Position numbers and translations under genes: made by a program. A stretch of 64,000 nucleotides of DNA from Phoronis australis (lineage: Eukaryota > Animalia > Phoronida), in NCBI GenBank assembly GCA_002633005.1, contig NMRA01000342.1:1-64000 (forward strand). Direction: 5' to 3'. How positions within the stretch are numbered: position 1 is the first letter of the stretch; the number at the start of each line of letters is the position of its first letter. The notes beneath the pieces were generated by a model. The model saw nothing but the letters and a program-made list of their open reading frames with translations. It was not told the DNA's origin and did not search any database. Positions 53,060 to 64,000 of this stretch are shown here, in pieces.

Positions 53060-53440
53060 GTTGCTGATTCAAGCATGTAGTATTATCACGGGAGATAACA
53101 CTGCTATAATACAGACATGCAGTAATACAGAGAGAGATAATGTTGCTGATTCAAGCATGTAGTATTATCACGGGAGATAACACTGCTATAATACAGGCAT
53201 GCAGTAATACAGAGGGAGATAACGTTGCTGATTCAAGCATGTAGTATTATCACGGGAGATAACACTGCTATAATACAGACATGCAGTAATACAGAGGGAG
53301 ATAACGTTGCTGATTCAAGCATGTAGTATTATCACGGGAGATAACACTGCTATAATACAGACATGCAGTAATACAGAGGGAGATAATGTTGCTGATTCAA
53401 GCATGTACATGTAGTATTATCACGGGAGATAATATTGCTA
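53060..53440. repeat. Minisatellite, 82-bp unit x ~4.6, near identical
   Basis: gttgctgattcaagcatg starts at 53060, 53142, 53224, 53306 and 53388. Confidence 0.97.
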
Positions 53441-54257
53441 CATAAATAATACAAGCATGAATATTGCGGGAGATATATTCCTAACACAAACATGTTATAA
53501 CAGTTTCAAACAAGATTTATACGAGCACAAAAACGCATACCATTTGTAAATGATATTACTTCTCAATAAAAAGTGGATTTAATCTCTTGAATGTGCGATG
53601 GTAATAATATGCGCACCAGGTGGTAATCGCTGTGCTGATGGACAGCAAAACCTCGTGTTCAATATAATCTGTCTTCATAGAAATTGCGCATTGTTGAATT
53701 AATGTAATATATTTTTCGTTTTGTACATGTTTTGGACAATAATAAAAGTTGTAAAAAAATTTCACAGCATTCTTGATTAGATTTATACATTTTTCTACGC
53801 TGAATAATTTGGCAACAGCCCCTCTTGAACACAGATAAAATACACGACAGTATTGTCGGTTGACGATTTTTATTCAAACACGTTTTAAGTCTCAGTATTT
53901 TTGTGCATCATCCCAAGGGCAAAAAGAGAAGACTACCACGAACAATGATAAGAGTAAATTTATATTTTTGAGACAGGTCATATTTCATCGTCGGGAAAAA
54001 ATAAAATGGCACAGGGTTACCAGCAATAGATGACGAAACGGAGAAAGCCGGTATACCCTCGTGAGCTACACATCAAGCACTACTATAGCTGGTTTTCGAA
54101 GTAGCCGCCTCGTATAGAAATTCACTATCCCGCCAGACGGCGATCAGGTCTTTGGTGGACAAACGTTCAGCGCCGCTTACACCCCAACGAGGTGTTTCGG
54201 CATACTGGTGTAAACCGCGTTTTGACACCTTTCCTGATATCAAAATGACGAGCAATT

Positions 54258-54400
54258 TCCACTGATTTGCGGTGCGGTGGGGTGTACAAATGGTTCCCAG
54301 AAAAAGGCAAGATGAAAGACATCGTGACCCATACACTCCCAAGAAACATCGGCGGATGCGAGGCGAGTAGCGACGACTTAAAAAGCGGGAGAGTTCTGAT
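54258..54400 (+). pseudogene. Possible decayed THAP domain
   Basis: Across frames: PLICGAVGCTNGSQK / DIVTHTLPRN / RRMRGE*RRLKKRE, where the stop falls at the expected Trp. Confidence 0.4.
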
Positions 54401-55367
54401 GCAAGCCGATGTCAGAAAGGTTAGCTCAACCAAATCCAACAATGGGGGGATACAGTGAGATTTATTTCTGTTTTCAAGTTCAAGAATCACAGTGCAGTAA
54501 CTGAATTTCTGCCCAACGAGTCTGAGTCTCTGTCAAGCAAGTCGCCTTTCGAGCGTCAATATGAAAAGTCCGTTACTGGCCTCCACCCGACTGGGCTACG
54601 ACCTGTTTGTCAGTTATTGCTGTTAACCCGTTTTATCTCTGGCTGAAGATGCGAGGAGACACGTCTCGAAATATAGTCCGAATTTTAATCATTCATGTTA
54701 TGTCGATTAGCAATCTTCTTTATCATTGTGATGCGGGTGATCGATAAATAGTTTACGCGGGTACGTTTGAGAATCGTCAACCGACAACACTGCCTTGCGT
54801 ATAACGACTTTCATAAAAATGTACACCACAGTCAGGCATTTCGGTGAACTTCAGCAAACCATCGTCAGTGACTATACAACCATTAAACTGCACATACCAA
54901 CAATGTCATTGTAAACATTTTTTCGATTGAAATCGTGGCCAAAAACTCAAATAAAAATTTAGACATTAATTATTGTAATTTACAATATTTGTATTGCACA
55001 ATCTTTAAGTTTAAATACAAATTTTCATTATCTTTTATTAATTTTGTTATGTTTTTCTTGCATTGTCTTATTGTGAAAAGTGTCACTTTTGTATTTTAGA
55101 TGAATGCCATTGTAAACTTTATTTGAAAACATTCCACGTTTGAGTTTGCACATTTTCTGTGAAAATGAAGTGTTCTGGATTACACTCTACCTATGCTGAT
55201 CAGTAGAGGGCGCTGTAAAACATCATTAGCCAATCACAAATTGTGAAAAATCCCATTTCTGGTGATCGTGGCAGTTGCCGGTTGTTATGGTGGGACGTTG
55301 GGGTGAAAGTGTCGTGCGTAACTACGATCGAGACGCCGGTCGTGTTTTACGACCGTAGTCATTACAT

Positions 55368-55678
55368 CCAATGACAAATTGCTGTGAAGGTCACGTGAGC
55401 TCTGAAGCAGTTGAATGCTCGTTATTTTACGCTCGTATTTTCGCTCGTAGTAGTAATCCACTCTTTCTTTATTCACAACATTTGAGTAACAAACCATTTG
55501 CACCGCAAAACAATATCAACAACGTATTAGCTTAATGGATGGTGGTCTCGTGAACTGGTACTTAAATCTAACGACTATTTGCTAAAATCACGAGCGTAAA
55601 ATTACGAGCGAAAAATACTTGAACGAGCGTAAAACTTCTTCAGAGTTCACGTGACCTACCAACCAAGTTCTCATTGGT
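55368..55678. mobile_element. Palindromic MITE with cgagcg subterminal repeats
   Basis: aggtcacgtgagctctgaag...(cgctcg)n versus (cgagcg)n...cttcagagttcacgtgacct. Confidence 0.8.
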
Positions 55679-55694
55679 TATACATTTACATGTA

Positions 55695-55766
55695 CATGTA
55701 CGGCACAGCACTGAAATAAGTGGAGGAGGCTATATCCCCCCATCCCCATATGGTGCGCCGTCCATG
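55695..55766. mobile_element. 72-bp hAT5-like mini-MITE
   Basis: atgta|catgtacggcac ... gcgccgtccatg|atata. Confidence 0.7.
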
Positions 55767-58675
55767 ATATAAGTACGATTTCGGTCGGAAAACAAGAGCG
55801 AAGTCTCGGTCGTAATTACGGAAGCTGAGTCCGCATTTGACATTTCTTGTATCGGCAACAATTCCAATAACTTTAGAACATGTAATTGGTAATTTATATT
55901 GCCAAGTGTTCAACGTAATAAATTTCAGTTGGTTGACCACATGTACAGCGGGTACTAGTGTGACTGAGACTATACAATGCTGGTTGTATTAAAGTGTATC
56001 ACAGAGTGCAGCTGGTGAACGTTTTACTTTGACGCTTTAAAAAAAAACACGATTTGCCACCAAGATACTGTCAAAAATATCACTGAAAACACATTTTGCC
56101 ACGAACAACCTCAATTATATGATTTAATGAAAAGCCTCAATACTTCTTGAACTGCAAAATGTCTACTTTTCAAGCATTATCGAAGTAGTGCTCTTCACTA
56201 TACAATTGCAATAATGGAACACTTCAATTTTGTAAAAATGACCGAGTTCGGGATAAAAATTAAAGTTCAATAATTTTGTTAAATGACGGAAAATACCCGG
56301 CATGCTTTGCGTCTTGCATGCCTCAGCGAACTGGTGGCTTAGGATAACAACCTTTTTACTTCATGAAACTGATATTTTCGCTGGGCTTAACAAATTGTTG
56401 ACTGCAAACGACTTCCTGCTTCAATATAGAGAAGAGCCTAAGGAGAACAGGGGAGGTAACTGAATCGCCACCTTTCTGCGACCCTTGGATTGCACTGGAT
56501 GCAGTATGGGGTGAGTATCTCTGGTAAAGTCGAGGAAAACTAATACAGAATTAAGGTCAACTTCAATCCTACTTTGTCTTACCATTTGTCTAAAGATTCA
56601 TACTTGATCATACTTGTTGTTTTCAAATTATTACCATCCTTCCCAAACTATTTCACTTGAGATAGCTTGAAAACATAAGTATATCAATTTTTAACGTGAA
56701 CATCAAATGGTCCACCTTAAAAGAAATCTAAGATGCTTCTATTGGGTAGCGAGTGAGTTTTTACAAAAACTTCTTTGTTACTGCTCTTTTTCCGATATTG
56801 CTCTTTTTTAATGTGACTACATACGTTTTAGTGAGTATGTTAGAACGACTGAGACAATATTTATATCGACGATGACACAATGTACGGGAGCTTTGTCACT
56901 TTTTAAGCAAGTTCGTTGAAAATTACATAAAGATGTATAACATTAAACGCAGAAACTTTTTGCATTTGAACAATACATCTACGAATGCGGTGGAAAACGT
57001 CAAAGTAAAAATTTCCAGGTGTAAGTACTTCCGACAAATGAACTTTTAAACACAGACATGTGCAATCCAGAGTCCACTGACTGTATTCAAAGAAACAAGA
57101 ACGGATACCTTGCAGTATTTCGCTACAACGCAATATATCAAAACATTCTTCGTTCGCAATTCCGTGTAACGGGATGTCCCAAAGTAATAATCGCATTACC
57201 TAAACGGCACCTGATATACATTGTATCTTTAAGCTTTAAACACGAAAGAACTGAACTGGCACTTCCAAATGAGTTAGATGTGCAGTACCACCCGATTGCC
57301 TGATTAGAAATTTCAAAAATAGGTGTTTTTGTAATTAGCAACAGCGACAGCTGATGCAGCTTACTAAAGGAAGGACAACCCTTAATGGAAGTTTGGCTAG
57401 AACAGCTATTAATCATTGGCCTCTGTTAACAACAATTATTCCGATTAGTTTACGCTACTCTGTTATAGTTTATAGAATTCAACGCCAAACGTAGGCGAAC
57501 GCTCACGATGCCTGTCCACAAAATGAGCAATTGCTTTGGAGTGAGGCCGGATCGAGACTCGCTAGCAAGTACTTTTGACGTCATAAAGGCGTAGATGCAA
57601 AAATATCAATCCAACGGTGTTTTCTTAGTTTTCACATTGATGAAAATACGTTGAAACAACCAACTTCTTTATATTCCAACACTTCCTCGAGGGGAACATT
57701 AGTAATGCTGAACTGGCGACTAAGCTGGCAAAAATAAGTCTTGTATTAGTTCTTAACCTCGATCGTTTTCGCAGTCTGTAAAGTGGCGATAATTGCTAAC
57801 GATTCCTAACTCGGTCAACTTGTGCCTCGATCGCTTGTCGTGTAGATATGGGGAAGAGTTCCTAAAAAGTGTAATGAACTTGCGTCCAATCAAGAACCTT
57901 CAATATGCATGCCGTCAAAAGAGGAAATTCAACGTGACAATGATGACTGGACTGACCGTCGACAAGTATGTTTTGACTGATCGTCACCATATAAAAGCGA
58001 GAAATGCTTCGATTCTTTATTCGCAACCTTTTACTGCGGAAAGTTGATCATTAAAATAGGCATTACTTCAATAAATAAAAATGATACTAACTACTGCAGT
58101 ATTATCAGTATGCGTACATTGTAGAGTTCACGCCGCCAGATTTTGAGACCGCACGGAATAGATACAGTTTCATTTCTAACCCAAGTTATATACATGTACA
58201 GTCTCGTGCAAGCACCCATATAAGTGAAAAACGCCTGACCGGATAACATTTTCGACTATAATTAGTACGGTGGTACAGTAATTAATTGCCTTCGTTTAGC
58301 AACTCGGGTGATAGTCTCTTTGTAATCATGTAGACATATAAATGTCGTGTTGTTGGACAAGCTTCAGCGCAGCAATGAGTAGGCGTGTAGAGTTGATACA
58401 GACCATGGGGCTTTTCTTTTAACAGTTAGCGTAACCACACAAATTTCAGCGCTCACATGTCAATACGCCAGTGAGTGCAGTTATTACTTGTTTCTATGTT
58501 ATTCCCTGCGTCGGACCCGTGCAAAGTGTTCGACAGTGGTTAAGTTGAATTAAAGTGGCGAAGTCAACTCGAGTATGTTCCGTCTTGAAATATGGGCGCA
58601 TAATTCCTAACTGAACACAAATTGGCAAAAAGTTGCATGCGTATCAAGTGCGCAAAGGGGGTGTACGTGAAATTG

Positions 58676-58894
58676 TTACACGACTCCCAGTTCAATTCTC
58701 TCCTGATCCTCAGAGCTACCCCCCGTGACCAGTCGTTCGTCATTTTGATCAGCTGCGCTGGCTGGCAGTTGTTGAGTCAATCGCTTCCTGCTACAGTAAT
58801 TGTACACGTACCAGATGAGAAATCCACTCAGAAGCGACACCAGAAATATCCCGGCCGCCATGAAAATAATCAGTATTTTATCCTCGTACTCCAT
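58676..58894 (-). CDS. 72-aa single-pass membrane microprotein
   Basis: MEYEDK-ILIIFMAAGIFLVSLLSGFLIWYVY-NYCSRKR... shows an acidic N-terminus, a ~24-aa hydrophobic helix and a basic stop-transfer. Start context actATGG, strong upstream acceptor (T)10ag at ~59077, and AATAAA at ~58021-58016. Confidence 0.65.
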   Translation of the reverse strand: MEYEDKILIIFMAAGIFLVSLLSGFLIWYVYNYCSRKRLTQQLPASAADQNDERLVTGGSSEDQERIELGVV

Positions 58895-59952
58895 AGTTTG
58901 GGTGAAATTACAAACCTGCCACTGGAGTCGACCAATTTATGTTTCGATTGTTGATATACCGACGCATAGGGAACGCTGTTACAAAAACTCACGAGAGCGG
59001 TCGCATAAACTCCATCCAAGTGTGTCTGTTCGTGTCTAAAGTTGTTCGCATATCTCAAAACCGGTATGTCTGCATCTAAAAAAAAAACAATGCAGAAACT
59101 GTCACACCCTTTTCTTCACGTAAACTCAGTCAGCATTATCTTTCCTTGTCATTGTGTTGGAATACTCACAAGACATACATGTACAGACATTGAGTTTGAC
59201 GAGACTACACTGTAACTTTTGTATACCCTTTGCCTAATTTAAGACCAAGATGTCTTCCCCAGCTTGCGACCATTTTCCAAATGCAAAACTCAAATTAACT
59301 GTTCGTCCCAATTTGTCTTTAATACTTCCTGCTGCCAGATCTACGTGTAGCACACGTGTTTTTGATTAGTGCCGTGGTTATAATACATACAGAGACCGTG
59401 ACTGTAAAAGTCGGACAAAATCTGCATTGATACAAATACTGACTATAGATTGGGTTGCGAAATTGCTAATTTGAACGAATGGAAACAATAGAAGTTATGC
59501 AATGTCGAAATACCGACGTACGTATATCAAAGCGGAATGTCTTCCAAAAATGTAACCCATGAGTGTTTCGGTTACGTGGGATAGCAGTTAGGCTGCCAAC
59601 ATGGGTTAGCTATTTATCCACAGATTCTTATACAGTTGATGCATTTGTTTACAGACAAACGTACGACTTACCAAAGCTTATCTCGTTCTTGTTACAGGAG
59701 CCCACAAAGCCAAAAACAGAGTCATGGTGGAACAATCTGCCGACTATCTTCGCTGAGTCTGCGATCCAGCAATCCGGGCAGGACGTACGGTAGTTCAATC
59801 AGCAATTACCGAATCAAGCCTCAATTGGGTTAACTAACATTAAAACTTCAAGTTGATGCACTCTTGCCGCTTGTCAAGCAGCAACGAGTGCAGCATGTGA
59901 CGGTAAGATGAGATTCGCAGACAAAAAGATGGTGTTTAATAGACTAATGGGC

Positions 59953-60029
59953 GACACGGTCTCGTTCATTCCCGGGGGTTGCTTTCGCACACGACACGGT
60001 CTCGTTTTTTGCCGGGGGTTGCTTGCGCA
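59953..60029. repeat. Imperfect 40-bp tandem duplication
   Basis: gacacggtctcgtt....ccgggggttgctt.cgca occurs twice. Confidence 0.85.
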
Positions 60030-62344
60030 GGCCACTCGGAGTCAAACTCGACATACATTCACTGTCTGCCAACATCTCCATTCTTGGTGAAACACAAAAA
60101 TGACAGCTGGTGGAGAAACAAAAGTACAGAGCCTAGGACTTTTTTGAACCGGAACTCATGTCGTCACCATTTCACATTGGGTTTCCATTTTTCTGAGGCG
60201 TGCATTCGTGTGACCAGAGTGCCTCTGGCTGAACAGAGGCATTACGGGTAAGAGAGAATTGACGTTGTACAGTAATCCGTTCTTTCAGAACCCATTTCTG
60301 TTCTAATAGTGTTTTCAGTTTTACTGGAAATGTTTCAAGTTGCGCAGTCTACTGCCCGTTGCATCAGTAAAGATGTTGAAAGGGATGTTTAATGCACATT
60401 GGCATCAATATAAATACTGAATGTTAACGGAATTAATTTGTTTATAAATTATCATTTGAAAACGTTTATTTAACGAAATTTACCTGCACGTCTTGAAAAG
60501 GTATATATAGATTGTTTAATTAGTATATGAGTTATCGGGATTAATGACGTCATGTTTCATACTTTTACACATTCCTATTTCTGTGTGATAACTTCGATCA
60601 AAGTAAATTACGCAGCACTTCTGCCTAGTCCAACATGGCGTCCCGCACTGTAAAATACACGATTCAGTCTACAAAAAGTATGCCTACATCGACTCGTGGA
60701 ATAATATGATCAACCCGTGGTGGCCGGAATGGCAGGTCAGGTGGTATTTCGGGACAATAATCCTCTTCATTCTTATTTTCAGACAAACTTGAAAAATGAC
60801 AATAGAAATAAAAAATATGCATTATGGTGCAATTAACAAAAACTTCCTATTCCAGAAATTTTTCGATTGACAATGTTCATTTCACCCATTGTAAACATGA
60901 GCCTTCTGCTGTTGAGATTTACGCTAAGGAAGGCAATTTCAATTCATTAGGTTACACATTTTAGTTTAAGAACTTAAATCAAACCACATTTGCAGAACTT
61001 CTTTATGAGCTCAGTTGTTTCTAGCTGGCGGGCTAATGAAGGAAATATAAAAGCAAGCAAGCTCCCTAGATGACAGCGGGGTGTCCGATGTCGCATGCAG
61101 GTTTATATCTTACCACTATTGCCGGCGATCCAAGACAAATGTCGACACAGTTGAATGGCAATTGGCTTAAACACTGATTTCAAAAAGTGCTATAATATTA
61201 CACGAAAAGCTGTAAAATACGAAATGTTGTTTATTCTATGGAATATTGCGATTGACAAGATTCACATGATGTCCTTGGCGGTGACAACAACATTTGTTTA
61301 ACGCCATTGTTTTATTTTTCTTTGGCCTTATAAGTATTTTAGAAAATTACGTACATGTAGCTGCATACTGCTTCCTATCAGTAACACTGACATTGTTTAC
61401 CTACAATATACAATCATATCCATACATATTTTGAAACAGAAATTTACGATATGAGATCGAAGACGAAATACTCATCCCAGTTTGTGAAAAATGGTTTCGA
61501 AAAAATTCATCTAGGACGCCTTTTGTAACTTGTCTGTTATCGAACTCTGGGTGCCGTTAAAGTTGGCATAACAGTATTCAGCCTGATGTTCATATAGGGT
61601 GAAACCTTCCTCGGACGCGTTTTTGTTATTTTACATGTTTTGTTGTACTCAGGTAATCTCAAGAATTTATGACGAACATTCTATAAGAAAATAATAATTA
61701 ATCACCCAAACGGGGGTAGCAGGGGTCTGAATAGAACACCATATACATGTAAGGATTATCGTGACATAGATGATTGTAAGTCTGTAAGCAAGATATTGTT
61801 CATTACACTCGCCAACTTATGAAACTGCTGGGCTCAGAAAGATACCACAAATCGTATTGTAACGACTAAATCCTCTTGAGTTGCCGTTCAAGATAGATAA
61901 TAAGACTTACAGTAAGCTAGCGTGCTCACAGATTTTCCGGTCATCGTTATCGGAAGCCTTCCCCGATAAAAAAGGTATTGCTGGTGTTGGGATTCATTGG
62001 CATCAAAATACATTACGCGGTTCATAAAACGTGGCATGTGGGGTGTCAATATCAATTAAAAGGCCATTTGTATGCTGATTTAGATGAACAGCGGTTTTAA
62101 CATGTTTAATGCGTTAAACAATTACTCGGAATCAAAGATTCTAAAGGGCGATCCCACTGCATTTAGCACGTAATGGAGACGACAATACAGTCCATAACTT
62201 TTATTCAATTTTCAGATTGATGAATATAGTGTCATGGGACACGGTTAGAAACTCTTGGTTGAAGTCGCATTTCGCCACCTTCAGCGGACTAAAAAATGAC
62301 GGCAATCGAATTACGCCTTTTTGCTCCCGTAAAACCCGGCGCTT

Positions 62345-62470
62345 GTTCAGTAGACGCTAGGACCTAGCTAAAACCTAGTCAAAGTCACGTTTAAATTAAA
62401 CGGTAATATCTCACGTAATCTCGCGAAGTCTTACTTTTTGGCGAGGTCCTAGCGTTACTGAACGGGAGGC
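62345..62470. mobile_element. Small hairpin element (copy 2, unexpanded)
   Basis: gttcagtagacgctaggacctagctaaaacctagtcaaagtcacg...gcgaggtcctagcgttactgaacgggaggc. Confidence 0.85.
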
Positions 62471-62922
62471 TGGTGTCATTACTGTACATGCAAGTCGTGT
62501 GTGTATATGTGGTGTAACAGGGTGAAGAAAAAAATTTCACATTTCAAATTGCGAAAGTGCAGGAAGCGGGAGTAAGAGTCAAGCGAATCAGCTCATGGAG
62601 TTGCCTCAACCCTCCCCCCCCCCGACCGGCATACGCGTAGAGTGGGAAATTGAGCAGTCGAGGAAGGAAACAGTGAAACATGTAGAACAGAGAAAAAGAT
62701 ATTATTTGTCAACTACCGGATTTATCACCCTTTGGGATCCTATAACCAGAACATTTTAAGATGTCCAAGTTATTAAACATTTTGCGGTTCTCTCGCGGAG
62801 GGGGTCCCGGCATTATAGGTAATTGACCGGGCACCGAAACCGTGTGAGCGCATGCTAATTCAGTGCTTGATGATATAAAGCTGTTGTGAAAAATAACTAG
62901 ATTTTATATGCTATGGTCACAT

Positions 62923-63777
62923 GTTAGGGGAATCTTTATTTAGAAGTACAAATACATTATTCATATCATTGATAATGTACAACCTTTGCCCCTGACGGTC
63001 TGTGGAAGAGCAACCCGACTCCGTAGCACCCGACAAGTAAGTAGGCCTAGATTTTCAGCCGGTTTCGTGGCTAATTCACATAAATTATTACGTTCACATT
63101 ATTTCTTTGGCTCACTATTCGTGACTCGAGGTTTAGTTTCCAACTCAAACTGATTTATGTTCGTGCCAGTCCCGGCGGCCGCGACGGGCCTGATCGGGTT
63201 CTGAGCCACTGGCCGGGATAACGAGTCAGTCCGGCCGAAACGGGCCTGATCGGGTTCCGAGCTATTGGCCGGGATAACAAGCGTTTTGTGTGTTTAGAAC
63301 TAAAAAAATCACAAGTCTAAACAACACAGATCTAGGTTCTCCAGTCTGCATTTCACGGAAGAATACTTCGAATTTATCTCCGAATAGACTCCAAACTCCT
63401 GCTACGGACCTTGGTACTGAACTGACCTGCCGAACTTTGTAGGCTACGGTGTGTCCAAATACCAATAAATCCGCAACAGCGAAATAAAACAACACGTTTT
63501 TATAGGGACTCGGTGTATTTTTAAGGGTTTTGCATCGAACTTTGATGATTTATTAGTGTTAAACGATGAATTCAAGCGATAAGCTGACACCAGTAACCCG
63601 TGTTGTGAAGTGCTGAACAGACTACGTGTGGAACCAATGGCGTCATTGGATAATTTCAGCACCTCTGTCTGCCGTCAGGTGTCAGGTAACGCAAACGAAC
63701 GTGTCGTTATCTCGTAGAACTACTCGATCTAAACTGATACAAAATAGGTTGTTTTTGGGGTGGCATTCTCCTTTAAC
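62923..63777. mobile_element. Possible decayed Kolobok with THAP remnant and 56-bp-spaced duplication
   Basis: Right end ggcattctcct|ttaa; RSRFSSLHFTEEYF at ~63328-63370; cgggcctgatcgggtt..gagc.a.tggccgggataac at 63185 and 63241. Left end is weak. Confidence 0.35.
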
Positions 63778-64000
63778 TTGAAGAAAGTGACCAGATGATG
63801 AAAGTATGTCCTACTTTTTTTAAATGGCACAGGCATTGATATTAAAGTATTTTGGCACCATATCTGTCATAAGTAGGAACTATTTTGACGAGGCAGGTCG
63901 CGACAATTGCCATTTGACCCTACCCCTTTCCCCCAATAAATCCTTACTGTTAACTTTTCACGAAAGGAAGTAGAACACACTTCCCCTTGGTGATGAAAAC

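Noticed and set aside
53060-53440. 82-bp periodic array as CRISPR-like
   Set aside because: Whole units are near identical; there are no unique spacers.
55201-55216. CTCF-like motif (also 772-786)
   Set aside because: Partial matches only; expected by chance and untestable from sequence alone.
57058-57350. Possible CR1/Jockey RT N-terminal relic
   Set aside because: Only spacing-level resemblance; the diagnostic KAPGPD and YRPIS motifs are absent.
59698-59786. Possible plus-strand exon (EPTKPKTESWWNNLP...)
   Set aside because: The acceptor is plausible but the donor is weak and no partner exons were found.

Overview
This window is eukaryotic, not prokaryotic. It is AT-rich, intron-containing and full of microsatellites and DNA transposons, which fits a marine invertebrate (inference). 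I found no rRNA, intact tRNA or CRISPR. Most of it is decayed mobile DNA: a frameshifted Academ transposase with its left TIR (10.8-14.5 kb); a second 3.4-kb Academ-like element with both TIRs, a 3-bp TSD and nested insertions (25.1-28.5 kb); a miniature Kolobok carrying stubs of both its genes (31.4-32.3 kb); at least six MITEs with 5-bp TSDs (hAT5-like); a MULE-like MITE; several palindromic MITEs; tRNA-derived SINEs; and LINE fragments. Two host genes can be reconstructed by hand, both on the minus strand. One is a phase-consistent multi-exon gene of unknown function (51.5 to 40.2 kb) with a probable GC-AG intron and an exon containing an in-frame TAG. The other encodes a 72-aa single-pass membrane microprotein (58.9 to 58.7 kb). 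The best novelty candidates are an unrecognised second gene inside the Academ-like element, a mirrored 16-bp motif upstream of both Kolobok genes, tRNA-like modules inside DNA transposons, and a strong excess of TACATGTA, which matches a Tc1/mariner excision footprint. All family calls come from reading motifs by eye; no database search was run.
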